Assembly (NCBI RefSeq): GCF_009914755.1
Contig: NC_060932.1
Source: the human T2T-CHM13v2.0 reference genome, Homo sapiens
Length of the DNA: 64,000 nt
Strand: one strand, 5' to 3'
Made by a program: the position numbers and the translations under genes. This document shows, one piece after another, positions 38,451 through 53,400 of the stretch. The notes under the pieces were generated by a model. The model ran no database searches. It was not told the DNA's origin and saw nothing but the letters and a program-made list of their open reading frames with translations. The number at the start of each line of letters is the position of its first letter. Position 1 is the first letter of the stretch.

Positions 38451-41400
38451 AGACAGCAGCATTCTCAGAAACTTCTTTGTGATGTTTGCATCCAGCTCTC
38501 AGAGTTGAACATTCCCTTTCATAGAGTAGGTTTGAAACCCTCTTTTTATAGTGTCTGGAAGCGGGCATTTGGAGCGCTTTCAGGCCTATGCTGAAAAAGG
38601 AAATATCTACCTATAGAAACTAGACAGAAGCATTCTGAGAATCACGTTTGTGATGTGGGTACTCAACTAACAGTGTTGATCCATTCTTTTGATACAGCAG
38701 ATTTGAACCACACTTTTTGTAGAATCTGCAAGTGGATATTTGGATAGCTGTGAGGATTTCGTTGGAAACGGGAATGTCTTCATAGAAAATTTAGACAGAA
38801 GCATTCTCAGAACCTTGATTGTGATGTGTGTTCTCCACTAACAGAGTTGAACCTTTCTTTTGACAGAACTGTTCTGAAACATTCTTTTTATAGAATCTGG
38901 AAGTGGATATTTGGAAAGCTTTGAGGATTTCGTTGGAAACGGGAATATCTTCAAATCAAATCTAGCCAGAAGCATTCTAAGAAACATCTTAGGGATGTTT
39001 ACATTCAAGTCACAGAGTTGAACATTCCCTTTCACAGAGCAGGTTTGAAACAATCTTCTCGTACTATCTGGCAGTGGACATTTTGAGCTCCTTGGGGCCT
39101 ATGCTGAAAAAGGAAATATCTTCCGACAAAAACTAGACAGAAGCATTCGCAGAATCACGTTTGTGATGTGTGCACTCAACTGTCAGAATTGAACCTTGGT
39201 TTGGACAGAGCACTTTTGAAACACTCTTTTTGTAGAATCTGCAGGTGGATATTTGGCTAGCTTTGAGGATTTCGTTGGAAACGGTAATGTCTTCAAAGAA
39301 AATCTAGACAGAAGCATTCTCAGAAACACCTTCGTGATGTTTGCAATCAAGTCACAGAGTTGAACCTTCCGTTTCATAGAGCAGGTTGGAAACACTCTTT
39401 CTGTAGTATCTGGAAGTGGACATTTGGAGGGCTTTGTAGCCTATCTGGAAAAAGGAAATATCTTCCCATGAATGCGAGATAGAAGTAATCTCAGAAACAT
39501 GTTTATGCTGTATCTACTCAACTAACTGTGCTGAACATTTCTATTGATAGAGCAGTTTTGAGACACTCTTCTTTTGGAATCTGCAAGTGGATATTTGGAT
39601 AGATTTGAGGATTTCGTTGGAAACGGGATTATATATAAAAAGTAGACAGCAGCATTCTCAGAAACTTCTTTGTGATGTTTGCATCCAGCTCTCAGAGTTG
39701 AACATTCCCTTTCATAGAGTAGGTTTGAAACCCTCTTTTTATAGTGTCTGGAAGCGGGCATTTGGAGCGCTTTCAGGCCTATGCTGAAAAAGGAAATATC
39801 TACCTATAGAAACTAGACAGAAGCATTCTGAGAATCACGTTTGTGATGTGGGTACTCAACTAACAGTGTTGATCCATTCTTTTGATACAGCAGTTTTGAA
39901 CCACACTTTTTGTAGAATCTGCAAGTGGATATTTGGATAGCTGTGAGGATTTCGCTGGAAACGGGAAGGTCTTCATAGAAAATTTAGACAGAAGCATTCT
40001 CAGAACCTTGATTGTGATGTGTGTTCTCCACTAACAGAGTTGAACCTTTCTTTTGACAGAACTGTTCTGAAACATTCTTTTTATAGAATCTGGAAGTGGA
40101 TATTTGGAAAGCTTTGAGGATTTCGTTGGAAACGGGAATATCTTCAAATCAAATCTAGCCAGAAGCATTCTAAGAAACATCTTAGGGATGTTTACATTCA
40201 AGTCACAGAGTTGAACATTCCCTTTCACAGAGCAGGTTTGAAACAATCTTCTCGTACTATCTGGCAGTGGACATTTTGAGCTCCTTGGGGCCTATGCTGA
40301 AAAAGGAAATATCTTCCGACAAAAACTAGACAGAAGCATTCGCAGAATCACGTTTGTGATGTGTGCACTCAACTGTCAGAATTGAACCTTGGTTTGGACA
40401 GAGCACTTTTGAAACACTCTTTTTGTAGAATCTGCAGGTGGATATTTGGCTAGCTTTGAGGATTTCGTTGGAAACGGTAATGTCTTCAAAGAAAATCTAG
40501 ACAGAAGCATTCTCAGAAACACCTTCGTGATGTTTGCAATCAAGTCACAGAGTTGAACCTTCCGTTTCATAGAGCAGGTTGGAAACACTCTTTTTGTAGC
40601 ATCTGGAAGTGGACATTTGGAGCGCTTTCAGGCCTATGGTGAAAAAGGAAATATCTTCCCATAAAAACGACATAGAAGCTATCTCAGGAACTTGTTTATG
40701 ATGCATCTAATCAACTAACAGTGTTGAACCTTTGTACTGACAGAGCAGTTTGAAACACTCTTTTTTTGGAATCTGCAAGTGGATATTTGGATCGCTTTGA
40801 GGATTTCGTTGGAAACGGGATGCAATATAAAACGTACACAGCAGCATACTCAGAAAATACTTTGCCATATTTCCATTCAAGTCACAGAGTGGAACATTCC
40901 CATTCATAGAGCAGGTTTGAAACACTCTTTTTGGAGTATCTGGAAGTGGACATTTGGAGCGCTTTCTGAACTATGGTGAAAAAGGAAATATCTTCCAATG
41001 AAAACAAGACAGAAGCATTCTGAGAAACTTATTTGTGATGTGTGTCCTCAACAAACGGACTTGAACCTTTCGTTTCATGCAGTACTTCTGGAACACTCTT
41101 TTTGAAGATTCTGCATGCGGATATTTGGATAGCTTTGAGGATTTCGTTGGAAACGGGCTTACATGTAAAAATTAGACAGCAGCATTCTCAGAAACTTCTT
41201 TGTGGTGTCTGCATTCAAGTCACAGAATTGAACATCCCCTCACATAGAGCAGTTGTGCAGCACTCTATTTGTAGTATCTGGAAGTGGACATTTGGAGGGC
41301 TTTGTAGCCTATCTGGAAAAAGGAAATATCTTCCCATGAATGCGAGATAGAAGTAATCTCAGAAACATGTTTATGCTGTATCTACTCAACTAACTGTGCT

Positions 41401-44400
41401 GAACATTTCTATTGATAGAGCAGTTTTGAGACACTCTTCTTTTGGAATCTGCAAGTGGATATTTGGATAGATTTGAGGATTTCGTTGGAAACGGGATTAT
41501 ATATAAAAAGTAGACAGCAGCATTCTCAGAAACTTCTTTGTGATGTTTGCATCCAGCTCTCAGAGTTGAACATTCCCTTTCATAGAGTAGGTTTGAAACC
41601 CTCTTTTTATAGTGTCTGGAAGCGGGCATTTGGAGCGCTTTCAGGCCTATGCTGAAAAAGGAAATATCTACCTATAGAAACTAGACAGAAGCATTCTGAG
41701 AATCACGTTTGTGATGTGGGTACTCAACTAACAGTGTTGATCCATTCTTTTGATACAGCAGTTTTGAACCACACTTTTTGTAGAATCTGCAAGTGGATAT
41801 TTGGATAGCTGTGAGGATTTCGTTGGAAACGGGAATGTCTTCATAGAAAATTTAGACAGAAGCATTCTCAGAACCTTGATTGTGATGTGTGTTCTCCACT
41901 AACAGAGTTGAACCTTTCTTTTGACAGAACTGTTCTGAAACATTCTTTTTATAGAATCTGGAAGTGGATATTTGGAAAGCTTTGAGGATTTCGTTGGAAA
42001 CGGGAATATCTTCAAATCAAATCTAGCCAGAAGCATTCTAAGAAACATCTTAGGGATGTTTACATTCAAGTCACAGAGTTGAACATTCCCTTTCACAGAG
42101 CAGGTTTGAAACAATCTTCTCGTACTATCTGGCAGTGGACATTTTGAGCTCCTTGGGGCCTATGCTGAAAAAGGAAATATCTTCCGACAAAAACTAGACA
42201 GAAGCATTCGCAGAATCACGTTTGTGATGTGTGCACTCAACTGTCAGAATTGAACCTTGGTTTGGACAGAGCACTTTTGAAACACTCTTTTTGTAGAATC
42301 TGCAGGTGGATATTTGGCTAGCTTTGAGGATTTCGTTGGAAACGGTAATGTCTTCAAAGAAAATCTAGACAGAAGCATTCTCAGAAACACCTTCGTGATG
42401 TTTGCAATCAAGTCACAGAGTTGAACCTTCCGTTTCATAGAGCAGGTTGGAAACACTCTTTTTGTAGTATCTGGAAGTGGACATTTGGAGGGCTTTGTAG
42501 CCTATCTGGAAAAAGGAAATATCTTCCCATGAATGCGAGATAGAAGTAATCTCAGAAACATGTTTATGCTGTATCTACTCAACTAACTGTGCTGAACATT
42601 TCTATTGATAGAGCAGTTTTGAGACACTCTTCTTTTGGAATCTGCAAGTGGATATTTGGATAGATTTGAGGATTTCGTTGGAAACGGGATTATATATAAA
42701 AAGTAGACAGCAGCATTCTCAGAAACTTCTTTGTGATGTTTGCATCCAGCTCTCAGAGTTGAACATTCCCTTTCATAGAGTAGGTTTGAAACCCTCTTTT
42801 TATAGTGTCTGGAAGCGGGCATTTGGAGCGCTTTCAGGCCTATGCTGAAAAAGGAAATATCTACCTATAGAAACTAGACAGAAGCATTCTGAGAATCACG
42901 TTTGTGATGTGGGTACTCAACTAACAGTGTTGATCCATTCTTTTGATACAGCAGTTTTGAACCACACTTTTTGTAGAATCTGCAAGTGGATATTTGGATA
43001 GCTGTGAGGATTTCGTTGGAAACGGGAATGTCTTCATAGAAAATTTAGACAGAAGCATTCTCAGAACCTTGATTGTGATGTGTGTTCTCCACTAACAGAG
43101 TTGAACCTTTCTTTTGACAGAACTGTTCTGAAACATTCTTTTTATAGAATCTGGAAGTGGATATTTGGAAAGCTTTGAGGATTTCGTTGGAAACGGGAAT
43201 ATCTTCAAATCAAATCTAGCCAGAAGCATTCTAAGAAACATCTTAGGGATGTTTACATTCAAGTCACAGAGTTGAACATTCCCTTTCACAGAGCAGGTTT
43301 GAAACAATCTTCTCGTACTATCTGGCAGTGGACATTTTGAGCTCCTTGGGGCCTATGCTGAAAAAGGAAATATCTTCCGACAAAAACTAGACAGAAGCAT
43401 TCGCAGAATCACGTTTGTGATGTGTGCACTCAACTGTCAGAATTGAACCTTGGTTTGGACAGAGCACTTTTGAAACACTCTTTTTGTAGAATCTGCAGGT
43501 GGATATTTGGCTAGCTTTGAGGATTTCGTTGGAAACGGTAATGTCTTCAAAGAAAATCTAGACAGAAGCATTCTCAGAAACACCTTCGTGATGTTTGCAA
43601 TCAAGTCACAGAGTTGAACCTTCCGTTTCATAGAGCAGGTTGGAAAAACTCTTTTTGTAGTATCTGGAAGTGGACATTTGGAGCGCTTTCAGGCCTATGG
43701 TGAAAAAGGAAATATCTTCCCATAAAAACGACATAGAAGCTATCTCAGGAACTTGTTTATGATGCATCTAATCAACTAACAGTGTTGAACCTTTGTACTG
43801 ACAGAGCAGTTTGAAACACTCTTTTTTTGGAATCTGCAAGTGGATATTTGGATCGCTTTGAGGATTTCGTTGGAAACGGGATGCAATATAAAACGTACAC
43901 AGCAGCATACTCAGAAAATACTTTGCCATATTTCCATTCAAGTCACAGAGTGGAACATTCCCATTCATAGAGCAGGTTTGAAACACTCTTTTTGGAGTAT
44001 CTGGAAGTGGACATTTGGAGCGCTTTCTGAACTATGGTGAAAAAGGAAATATCTTCCAATGAAAACAAGACAGAAGCATTCTGAGAAACTTATTTGTGAT
44101 GTGTGTCCTCAACAAACGGACTTGAACCTTTCGTTTCATGCAGTACTTCTGGAACACTCTTTTTGAAGATTCTGCATGCGGATATTTGGATAGCTTTGAG
44201 GATTTCGTTGGAAACGGGCTTACATATAAAAATTAGACAGCAGCATTCTCAGAAACTTCTTTGTGGTGTCTGCATTCAAGTCACAGAATTGAACATCCCC
44301 TCACATAGAGCAGTTGTGCAGCACTCTATTTGTAGTATCTGGAAGTGGACATTTGGAGGGCTTTGTAGCCTATCTGGAAAAAGGAAATATCTTCCCATGA

Positions 44401-47400
44401 ATGCGAGATAGAAGTAATCTCAGAAACATGTTTATGCTGTATCTACTCAACTAACTGTGCTGAACATTTCTATTGATAGAGCAGTTTTGAGACACTCTTC
44501 TTTTGGAATCTGCAAGTGGATATTTGGATAGATTTGAGGATTTCGTTGGAAACGGGATTATATATCAAAAGTAGACAGCAGCATTCTCAGAAACTTCTTT
44601 GTGATGTTTGCATCCAGCTCTCAGAGTTGAACATTCCCTTTCATAGAGTAGGTTTGAAACCCTCTTTTTATAGTGTCTGGAAGCGGGCATTTGGAGCGCT
44701 TTCAGGCCTATGCTGAAAAAGGAAATATCTACCTATAGAAACTAGACAGAAGCATTCTGAGAATCACGTTTGTGATGTGGGTACTCAACTAACAGTGTTG
44801 ATCCATTCTTTTGATACAGCAGTTTTGAACCACACTTTTTGTAGAATCTGCAAGTGGATATTTGGATAGCTGTGAGGATTTCGTTGGAAACGGGAATGTC
44901 TTCATAGAAAATTTAGACAGAAGCATTCTCAGAACCTTGATTGTGATGTGTGTTCTCCACTAACAGAGTTGAACCTTTCTTTTGACAGAACTGTTCTGAA
45001 ACATTCTTTTTATAGAATCTGGAAGTGGATATTTGGAAAGCTTTGAGGATTTCGTTGGAAACGGGAATATCTTCAAATCAAATCTAGCCAGAAGCATTCT
45101 AAGAAACATCTTAGGGATGTTTACATTCAAGTCACAGAGTTGAACATTCCCTTTCACAGAGCAGGTTTGAAACAATCTTCTCGTACTATCTGGCAGTGGA
45201 CATTTTGAGCTCCTTGGGGCCTATGCTGAAAAAGGAAATATCTTCCGACAAAAACTAGACAGAAGCATTCGCAGAATCACGTTTGTGATGTGTGCACTCA
45301 ACTGTCAGAATTGAACCTTGGTTTGGACAGAGCACTTTTGAAACACTCTTTTTGTAGAATCTGCAGGTGGATATTTGGCTAGCTTTGAGGATTTCGTTGG
45401 AAACGGTAATGTCTTCAAAGAAAATCTAGACAGAAGCATTCTCAGAAACACCTTCGTGATGTTTGCAATCAAGTCACAGAGTTGAACCTTCCGTTTCATA
45501 GAGCAGGTTGGAAACACTCTTTTTGTAGTATCTGGAAGTGGACATTGGGAGGGCTTTGTAGCCTATGTGGAAAAAGGAAATATCTTCCCATGAATGCGAG
45601 ATAGAAGTAATCTCAGAAACATGTTTATGCTGTATCTACTCAACTAACTGTGCTGAACATTTCTATTGATAGAGCAGTTTTGAGACACTCTTCTTTTGGA
45701 ATCTGCAAGTGGATATTTGGATAGATTTGAGGATTTCGTTGGAAACGGGATTATATATAAAAAGTAGACAGCAGCATTCTCAGAAACTTCTTTGTGATGT
45801 TTGCATCCAGCTCTCAGAGTTGAACATTCCCTTTCATAGAGTAGGTTTGAAACCCTCTTTTTATAGTGTCTGGAAGCGGGCATTTGGAGCGCTTTCAGGC
45901 CTATGCTGAAAAAGGAAATATCTACCTATAGAAACTAGACAGAAGCATTCTGAGAATCACGTTTGTGATGTGGGTACTCAACTAACAGTGTTGATCCATT
46001 CTTTTGATACAGCAGTTTTGAACCACACTTTTTGTATAATCTGCAAGTGGATATTTGGATAGCTGTGAGGATTTCGTTGGAAACGGGAATGTCTTCATAG
46101 AAAATTTAGACAGAAGCATTCTCAGAACCTTGATTGTGATGTGTGTTCTCCACTAACAGAGTTGAACCTTTCTTTTGACAGAACTGTTCTGAAACATTCT
46201 TTTTATAGAATCTGGAAGTGGATATTTGGAAAGCTTTGAGGATTTCGTTGGAAACGGGAATATCTTCAAATCAAATCTAGCCAGAAGCATTCTAAGAAAC
46301 ATCTTAGGGATGTTTACATTCAAGTCACAGAGTTGAACATTCCCTTTCACAGAGCAGGTTTGAAACAATCTTCTCGTACTATCTGGCAGTGGACATTTTG
46401 AGCTCCTTGGGGCCTATGCTGAAAAAGGAAATATCTTCCGACAAAAACTAGACAGAAGCATTCGCAGAATCACGTTTGTGATGTGTGCACTCAACTGTCA
46501 GAATTGAACCTTGGTTTGGACAGAGCACTTTTGAAACACTCTTTTTGTAGAATCTGCAGGTGGATATTTGGCTAGCTTTGAGGATTTCGTTGGAAAGGGT
46601 AATGTCTTCAAAGAAAATCTAGACAGAAGCATTCTCAGAAACACCTTCGTGATGTTTGCAATTAAGTCACAGAGTTGAACCTTCCGTTTCATAGAGCAGG
46701 TTGGAAACACTCTTTTTGTAGTATCTGGAAGTGGACATTTGGAGCGCTTTCAGGCCTATGGTGAAAAAGGAAATATCTTCCCATAAAAACGACATAGAAG
46801 CTATCTCAGGAACTTGTTTATGATGCATCTAATCAACTAACAGTGTTGAACCTTTGTACTGACAGAGCAGTTTGAAACACTCTTTTTTTGGAATCTGCAA
46901 GTGGATATTTGGATCGCTTTGAGGATTTCGTTGGAAACGGGATGCAATATAAAACGTACACAGCAGCATACTCAGAAAATACTTTGCCATATTTCCATTC
47001 AAGTCACAGAGTGGAACATTCCCATTCATAGAGCAGGTTTGAAACACTCTTTTTGGAGTATCTGGAAGTGGACATTTGGAGCGCTTTCTGAACTATGGTG
47101 AAAAAGGAAATATCTTCCAATGAAAACAAGACAGAAGCATTCTGAGAAACTTATTTGTGATGTGTGTCCTCAACAAACGGACTTGAACCTTTCGTTTCAT
47201 GCAGTACTTCTGGAACACTCTTTTTGAAGATTCTGCATGCGGATATTTGGATAGCTTTGAGGATTTCGTTGGAAACGGGCTTACATGTAAAAATTAGACA
47301 GCAGCATTCTCAGAAACTTCTTTGTGGTGTCTGCATTCAAGTCACAGAATTGAACATCCCCTCACATAGAGCAGTTGTGCAGCACTCTATTTGTAGTATC

Positions 47401-50400
47401 TGGAAGTGGACATTTGGAGGGCTTTGTAGCCTATCTGGAAAAAGGAAATATCTTCCCATGAATGCGAGATAGAAGTAATCTCAGAAACATGTTTATGCTG
47501 TATCTACTCAACTAACTGTGCTGAACATTTCTATTGATAGAGCAGTTTTGAGACACTCTTCTTTTGGAATCTGCAAGTGGATATTTGGATAGATTTGAGG
47601 ATTTCGTTGGAAACGGGATTATATATAAAAAGTAGACAGCAGCATTCTCAGAAACTTCTTTGTGATGTTTGCATCCAGCTCTCAGAGTTGAACATTCCCT
47701 TTCATAGAGTAGGTTTGAAACCCTCTTTTTATAGTGTCTGGAAGCGGGCATTTGGAGCGCTTTCAGGCCTATGCTGAAAAAGGAAATATCTACCTATAGA
47801 AACTAGACAGAAGCATTCTGAGAATCACGTTTGTGATGTGGGTACTCAACTAACAGTGTTGATCCATTCTTTTGATACAGCAGTTTTGAACCACACTTTT
47901 TGTAGAATCTGCAAGTGGATATTTGGATAGCTGTGAGGATTTCGTTGGAAACGGGAATGTCTTCATAGAAAATTTAGACAGAAGCATTCTCAGAACCTTG
48001 ATTGTGATGTGTGTTCTCCACTAACAGAGTTGAACCTTTCTTTTGACAGAACTGTTCTGAAACATTCTTTTTATAGAATCTGGAAGTGGATATTTGGAAA
48101 GCTTTGAGGATTTCGTTGGAAACGGGAATATCTTCAAATCAAATCTAGCCAGAAGCATTCTAAGAAACATCTTAGGGATGTTTACATTCAAGTCACAGAG
48201 TTGAACATTCCCTTTCACAGAGCAGGTTTGAAACAATCTTCTCGTACTATCTGGCAGTGGACATTTTGAGCTCCTTGGGGCCTATGCTGAAAAAGGAAAT
48301 ATCTTCCGACAAAAACTAGACAGAAGCATTCGCAGAATCACGTTTGTGATGTGTGCACTCAACTGTCAGAATTGAACCTTGGTTTGGACAGAGCACTTTT
48401 GAAACACTCTTTTTGTAGAATCTGCAGGTGGATATTTGGCTAGCTTTGAGGATTTCGTTGGAAACGGTAATGTCTTCAAAGAAAATCTAGACAGAAGCAT
48501 TCTCAGAAACACCTTCGTGATGTTTGCAATCAAGTCACAGAGTTGAACCTTCCGTTTCATAGAGCAGGTTGGAAACACTCTTTTTGTAGTATCTGGAAGT
48601 GGACATTGGGAGGGCTTTGTAGCCTATGTGGAAAAAGGAAATATCTTCCCATGAATGCGAGATAGAAGTAATCTCAGAAACATGTTTATGCTGTATCTAC
48701 TCAACTAACTGTGCTGAACATTTCTATTGATAGAGCAGTTTTGAGACACTCTTCTTTTGGAATCTGCAAGTGGATATTTGGAGAGATTTGAGGATTTCGT
48801 TGGAAACGGGATTATATATAAAAAGTAGACAGCAGCATTCTCAGAAACTTCTTTGTGATGTTTGCATCCAGCTCTCAGAGTTGAACATTCCCTTTCATAG
48901 AGTAGGTTTGAAACCCTCTTTTTATAGTGTCTGGAAGCGGGCATTTGGAGCGCTTTCAGGCCTATGCTGAAAAAGGAAATATCTACCTATAGAAACTAGA
49001 CAGAAGCATTCTGAGAATCACGTTTGTGATGTGGGTACTCAACTAACAGTGTTGATCCATTCTTTTGATACAGCAGTTTTGAACCACACTTTTTGTAGAA
49101 TCTGCAAGTGGATATTTGGATAGCTGTGAGGATTTCGTTGGAAACGGGAATGTCTTCATAGAAAATTTAGACAGAAGCATTCTCAGAACCTTGATTGTGA
49201 TGTGTGTTCTCCACTAACAGAGTTGAACCTTTCTTTTGACAGAACTGTTCTGAAACATTCTTTTTATAGAATCTGGAAGTGGATATTTGGAAAGCTTTGA
49301 GGATTTCGTTGGAAACGGGAATATCTTCAAATCAAATCTAGCCAGAAGCATTCTAAGAAACATCTTAGGGATGTTTACATTCAAGTCACAGAGTTGAACA
49401 TTCCCTTTCACAGAGCAGGTTTGAAACAATCTTCTCGTACTATCTGGCAGTGGACATTTTGAGCTCCTTGGGGCCTATGCTGAAAAAGGAAATATCTTCC
49501 GACAAAAACTAGACAGAAGCATTCGCAGAATCACGTTTGTGATGTGTGCACTCAACTGTCAGAATTGAACCTTGGTTTGGACAGAGCACTTTTGAAACAC
49601 TCTTTTTGTAGAATCTGCAGGTGGATATTTGGCTAGCTTTGAGGATTTCGTTGGAAACGGTAATGTCTTCAAAGAAAATCTAGACAGAAGCATTCTCAGA
49701 AACACCTTCGTGATGTTTGCAATCAAGTCACAGAGTTGAACCTTCCGTTTCATAGAGCAGGTTGGAAACACTCTTTTTGTAGTATCTGGAAGTGGACATT
49801 TGGAGCGCTTTCAGGCCTATGGTGAAAAAGGAAATATCTTCCCATAAAAACGACATAGAAGCTATCTCAGGAACTTGTTTATGATGCATCTAATCAACTA
49901 ACAGTGTTGAACCTTTGTACTGACAGAGCAGTTTGAAACACTCTTTTTTTGGAATCTGCAAGTGGATATTTGGATCGCTTTGAGGATTTCGTTGGAAACG
50001 GGATGCAATATAAAACGTACACAGCAGCATACTCAGAAAATACTTTGCCATATTTCCATTCAAGTCACAGAGTGGAACATTCCCATTCATAGAGCAGGTT
50101 TGAAACACTCTTTTTGGAGTATCTGGAAGTGGACATTTGGAGCGCTTTCTGAACTATGGTGAAAAAGGAAATATCTTCCAATGAAAACAAGACAGAAGCA
50201 TTCTGAGAAACTTATTTGTGATGTGTGTCCTCAACAAACGGACTTGAACCTTTCGTTTCATGCAGTACTTCTGGAACACTCTTTTTGAAGATTCTGCATG
50301 CGGATATTTGGATAGCTTTGAGGATTTCGTTGGAAACGGGCTTACATGTAAAAATTAGACAGCAGCATTCTCAGAAACTTCTTTGTGGTGTCTGCATTCA

Positions 50401-53400
50401 AGTCACAGAATTGAACATCCCCTCACATAGAGCAGTTGTGCAGCACTCTATTTGTAGTATCTGGAAGTGGACATTTGGAGGGCTTTGTAGCCTATCTGGA
50501 AAAAGGAAATATCTTCCCATGAATGCGAGATAGAAGTAATCTCAGAAACATGTTTATGCTGTATCTACTCAACTAACTGTGCTGAACATTTCTATTGATA
50601 GAGCAGTTTTGAGACACTCTTCTTTTGGAATCTGCAAGTGGATATTTGGATAGATTTGAGGATTTCGTTGGAAACGGGATTATATATCAAAAGTAGACAG
50701 CAGCATTCTCAGAAACTTCTTTGTGATGTTTGCATCCAGCTCTCAGAGTTGAACATTCCCTTTCATAGAGTAGGTTTGAAACCCTCTTTTTATAGTGTCT
50801 GGAAGCGGGCATTTGGAGCGCTTTCAGGCCTATGCTGAAAAAGGAAATATCTACCTATAGAAACTAGACAGAAGCATTCTGAGAATCACGTTTGTGATGT
50901 GGGTACTCAACTAACAGTGTTGATCCATTCTTTTGATACAGCAGTTTTGAACCACACTTTTTGTAGAATCTGCAAGTGGATATTTGGATAGCTGTGAGGA
51001 TTTCGTTGGAAACGGGAATGTCTTCATAGAAAATTTAGACAGAAGCATTCTCAGAACCTTGATTGTGATGTGTGTTCTCCACTAACAGAGTTGAACCTTT
51101 CTTTTGACAGAACTGTTCTGAAACATTCTTGTTATAGAATCTGGAAGTGGATATTTGGAAAGCTTTGAGGATTTCGTTGGAAACGGGAATATCTTCAAAT
51201 CAAATCTAGCCAGAAGCATTCTAAGAAACATCTTAGGGATGTTTACATTCAAGTCACAGAGTTGAACATTCCCTTTCACAGAGCAGGTTTGAAACAATCT
51301 TCTCGTACTATCTGGCAGTGGACATTTTGAGCTCCTTGGGGCCTATGCTGAAAAAGGAAATATCTTCCGACAAAAACTAGACAGAAGCATTCGCAGAATC
51401 ACGTTTGTGATGTGTGCACTCAACTGTCAGAATTGAACCTTGGTTTGGACAGAGCACTTTTGAAACACTCTTTTTGTAGAATCTGCAGGTGGATATTTGG
51501 CTAGCTTTGAGGATTTCGTTGGAAACGGTAATGTCTTCAAAGAAAATCTAGACAGAAGCATTCTCAGAAACACCTTCGTGATGTTTGCAATCAAGTCACA
51601 GAGTTGAACCTTCCGTTTCATAGAGCAGGTTGGAAACACTCTTTTTGTAGTATCTGGAAGTGGACATTTGGAGCGCTTTCAGGCCTATGGTGAAAAAGGA
51701 AATATCTTCCCATAAAAACGACATAGAAGCTATCTCAGGAACTTGTTTATGATGCATCTAATCAACTAACAGTGTTGAACCTTTGTACTGACAGAGCAGT
51801 TTGAAACACTCTTTTTTTGGAATCTGCAAGTGGATATTTGGATCGCTTTGAGGATTTCGTTGGAAACGGGATGCAATATAAAACGTACACAGCAGCATAC
51901 TCAGAAAATACTTTGCCATATTTCCATTCAAGTCACAGAGTGGAACATTCCCATTCATAGAGCAGGTTTGAAACACTCTTTTTGGAGTATCTGGAAGTGG
52001 ACATTTGGAGCGCTTTCTGAACTATGGTGAAAAAGGAAATATCTTCCAATGAAAACAAGACAGAAGCATTCTGAGAAACTTATTTGTGATGTGTGTCCTC
52101 AACAAACGGACTTGAACCTTTCGTTTCATGCAGTACTTCTGGAACACTCTTTTTGAAGATTCTGCATGCGGATATTTGGATAGCTTTGAGGATTTCGTTG
52201 GAAACGGGCTTACATGTAAAAATTAGACAGCAGCATTCTCAGAAACTTCTTTGTGGTGTCTGCATTCAAGTCACAGAATTGAACATCCCCTCACATAGAG
52301 CAGTTGTGCAGCACTCTATTTGTAGTATCTGGAAGTGGACATTTGGAGGGCTTTGTAGCCTATCTGGAAAAAGGAAATATCTTCCCATGAATGCGAGATA
52401 GAAGTAATCTCAGAAACATGTTTATGCTGTATCTACTCAACTAACTGTGCTGAACATTTCTATTGATAGAGCAGTTTTGAGACACTCTTCTTTTGGAATC
52501 TGCAAGTGGATATTTGGATAGATTTGAGGATTTCGTTGGAAACGGGATTATATATCAAAAGTAGACAGCAGCATTCTCAGAAACTTCTTTGTGATGTTTC
52601 CATCCAGCTCTCAGAGTTGAACATTCCCTTTCATAGAGTAGGTTTGAAACCCTCTTTTTATAGTGTCTGGAAGCGGGCATTTGGAGCGCTTTCAGGCCTA
52701 TGTTGAAAAAGGAAATATCTACCTATAGAAACTAGACAGAAGCATTCTGAGAATCACGTTTGTGATGTGGGTACTCAACTAACAGTGTTGATCCATTCTT
52801 TTGATACAGCAGTTTTGAACCACACTTTTTGTAGAATCTGCAAGTGGATATTTGGATAGCTGTGAGGATTTCGTTGGAAACGGGAATGTCTTCATAGAAA
52901 ATTTAGACAGAAGCATTCTCAGAACCTTGATTGTGATGTGTGTTCTCCACTAACAGAGTTGAACCTTTCTTTTGACAGAACTGTTCTGAAACATTCTTTT
53001 TATAGAATCTGGAAGTGGATATTTGGAAAGCTTTGAGGATTTCGTTGGAAACGGGAATATCTTCAAATGAAATCTAGCCAGAAGCATTCTAAGAAACATC
53101 TTAGGGATGTTTACATTCAAGTCACAGAGTTGAACATTCCCTTTCACAGAGCAGGTTTGAAACAATCATCTCGTACTATCTGGCAGTGGACATTTTGAGC
53201 TCCTTGGGGCCTATGCTGAAAAAGGAAATATCTTCCGACAAAAACTAGACAGAAGCATTCGCAGAATCACGTTTGTGATGTGTGCACTCAACTGTCAGAA
53301 TTGAACCTTGGTTTGGACAGAGCACTTTTGAAACACTCTTTTTGTAGAATCTGCAGGTGGATATTTGGCTAGCTTTGAGGATTTCGTTGGAAACGGTAAT

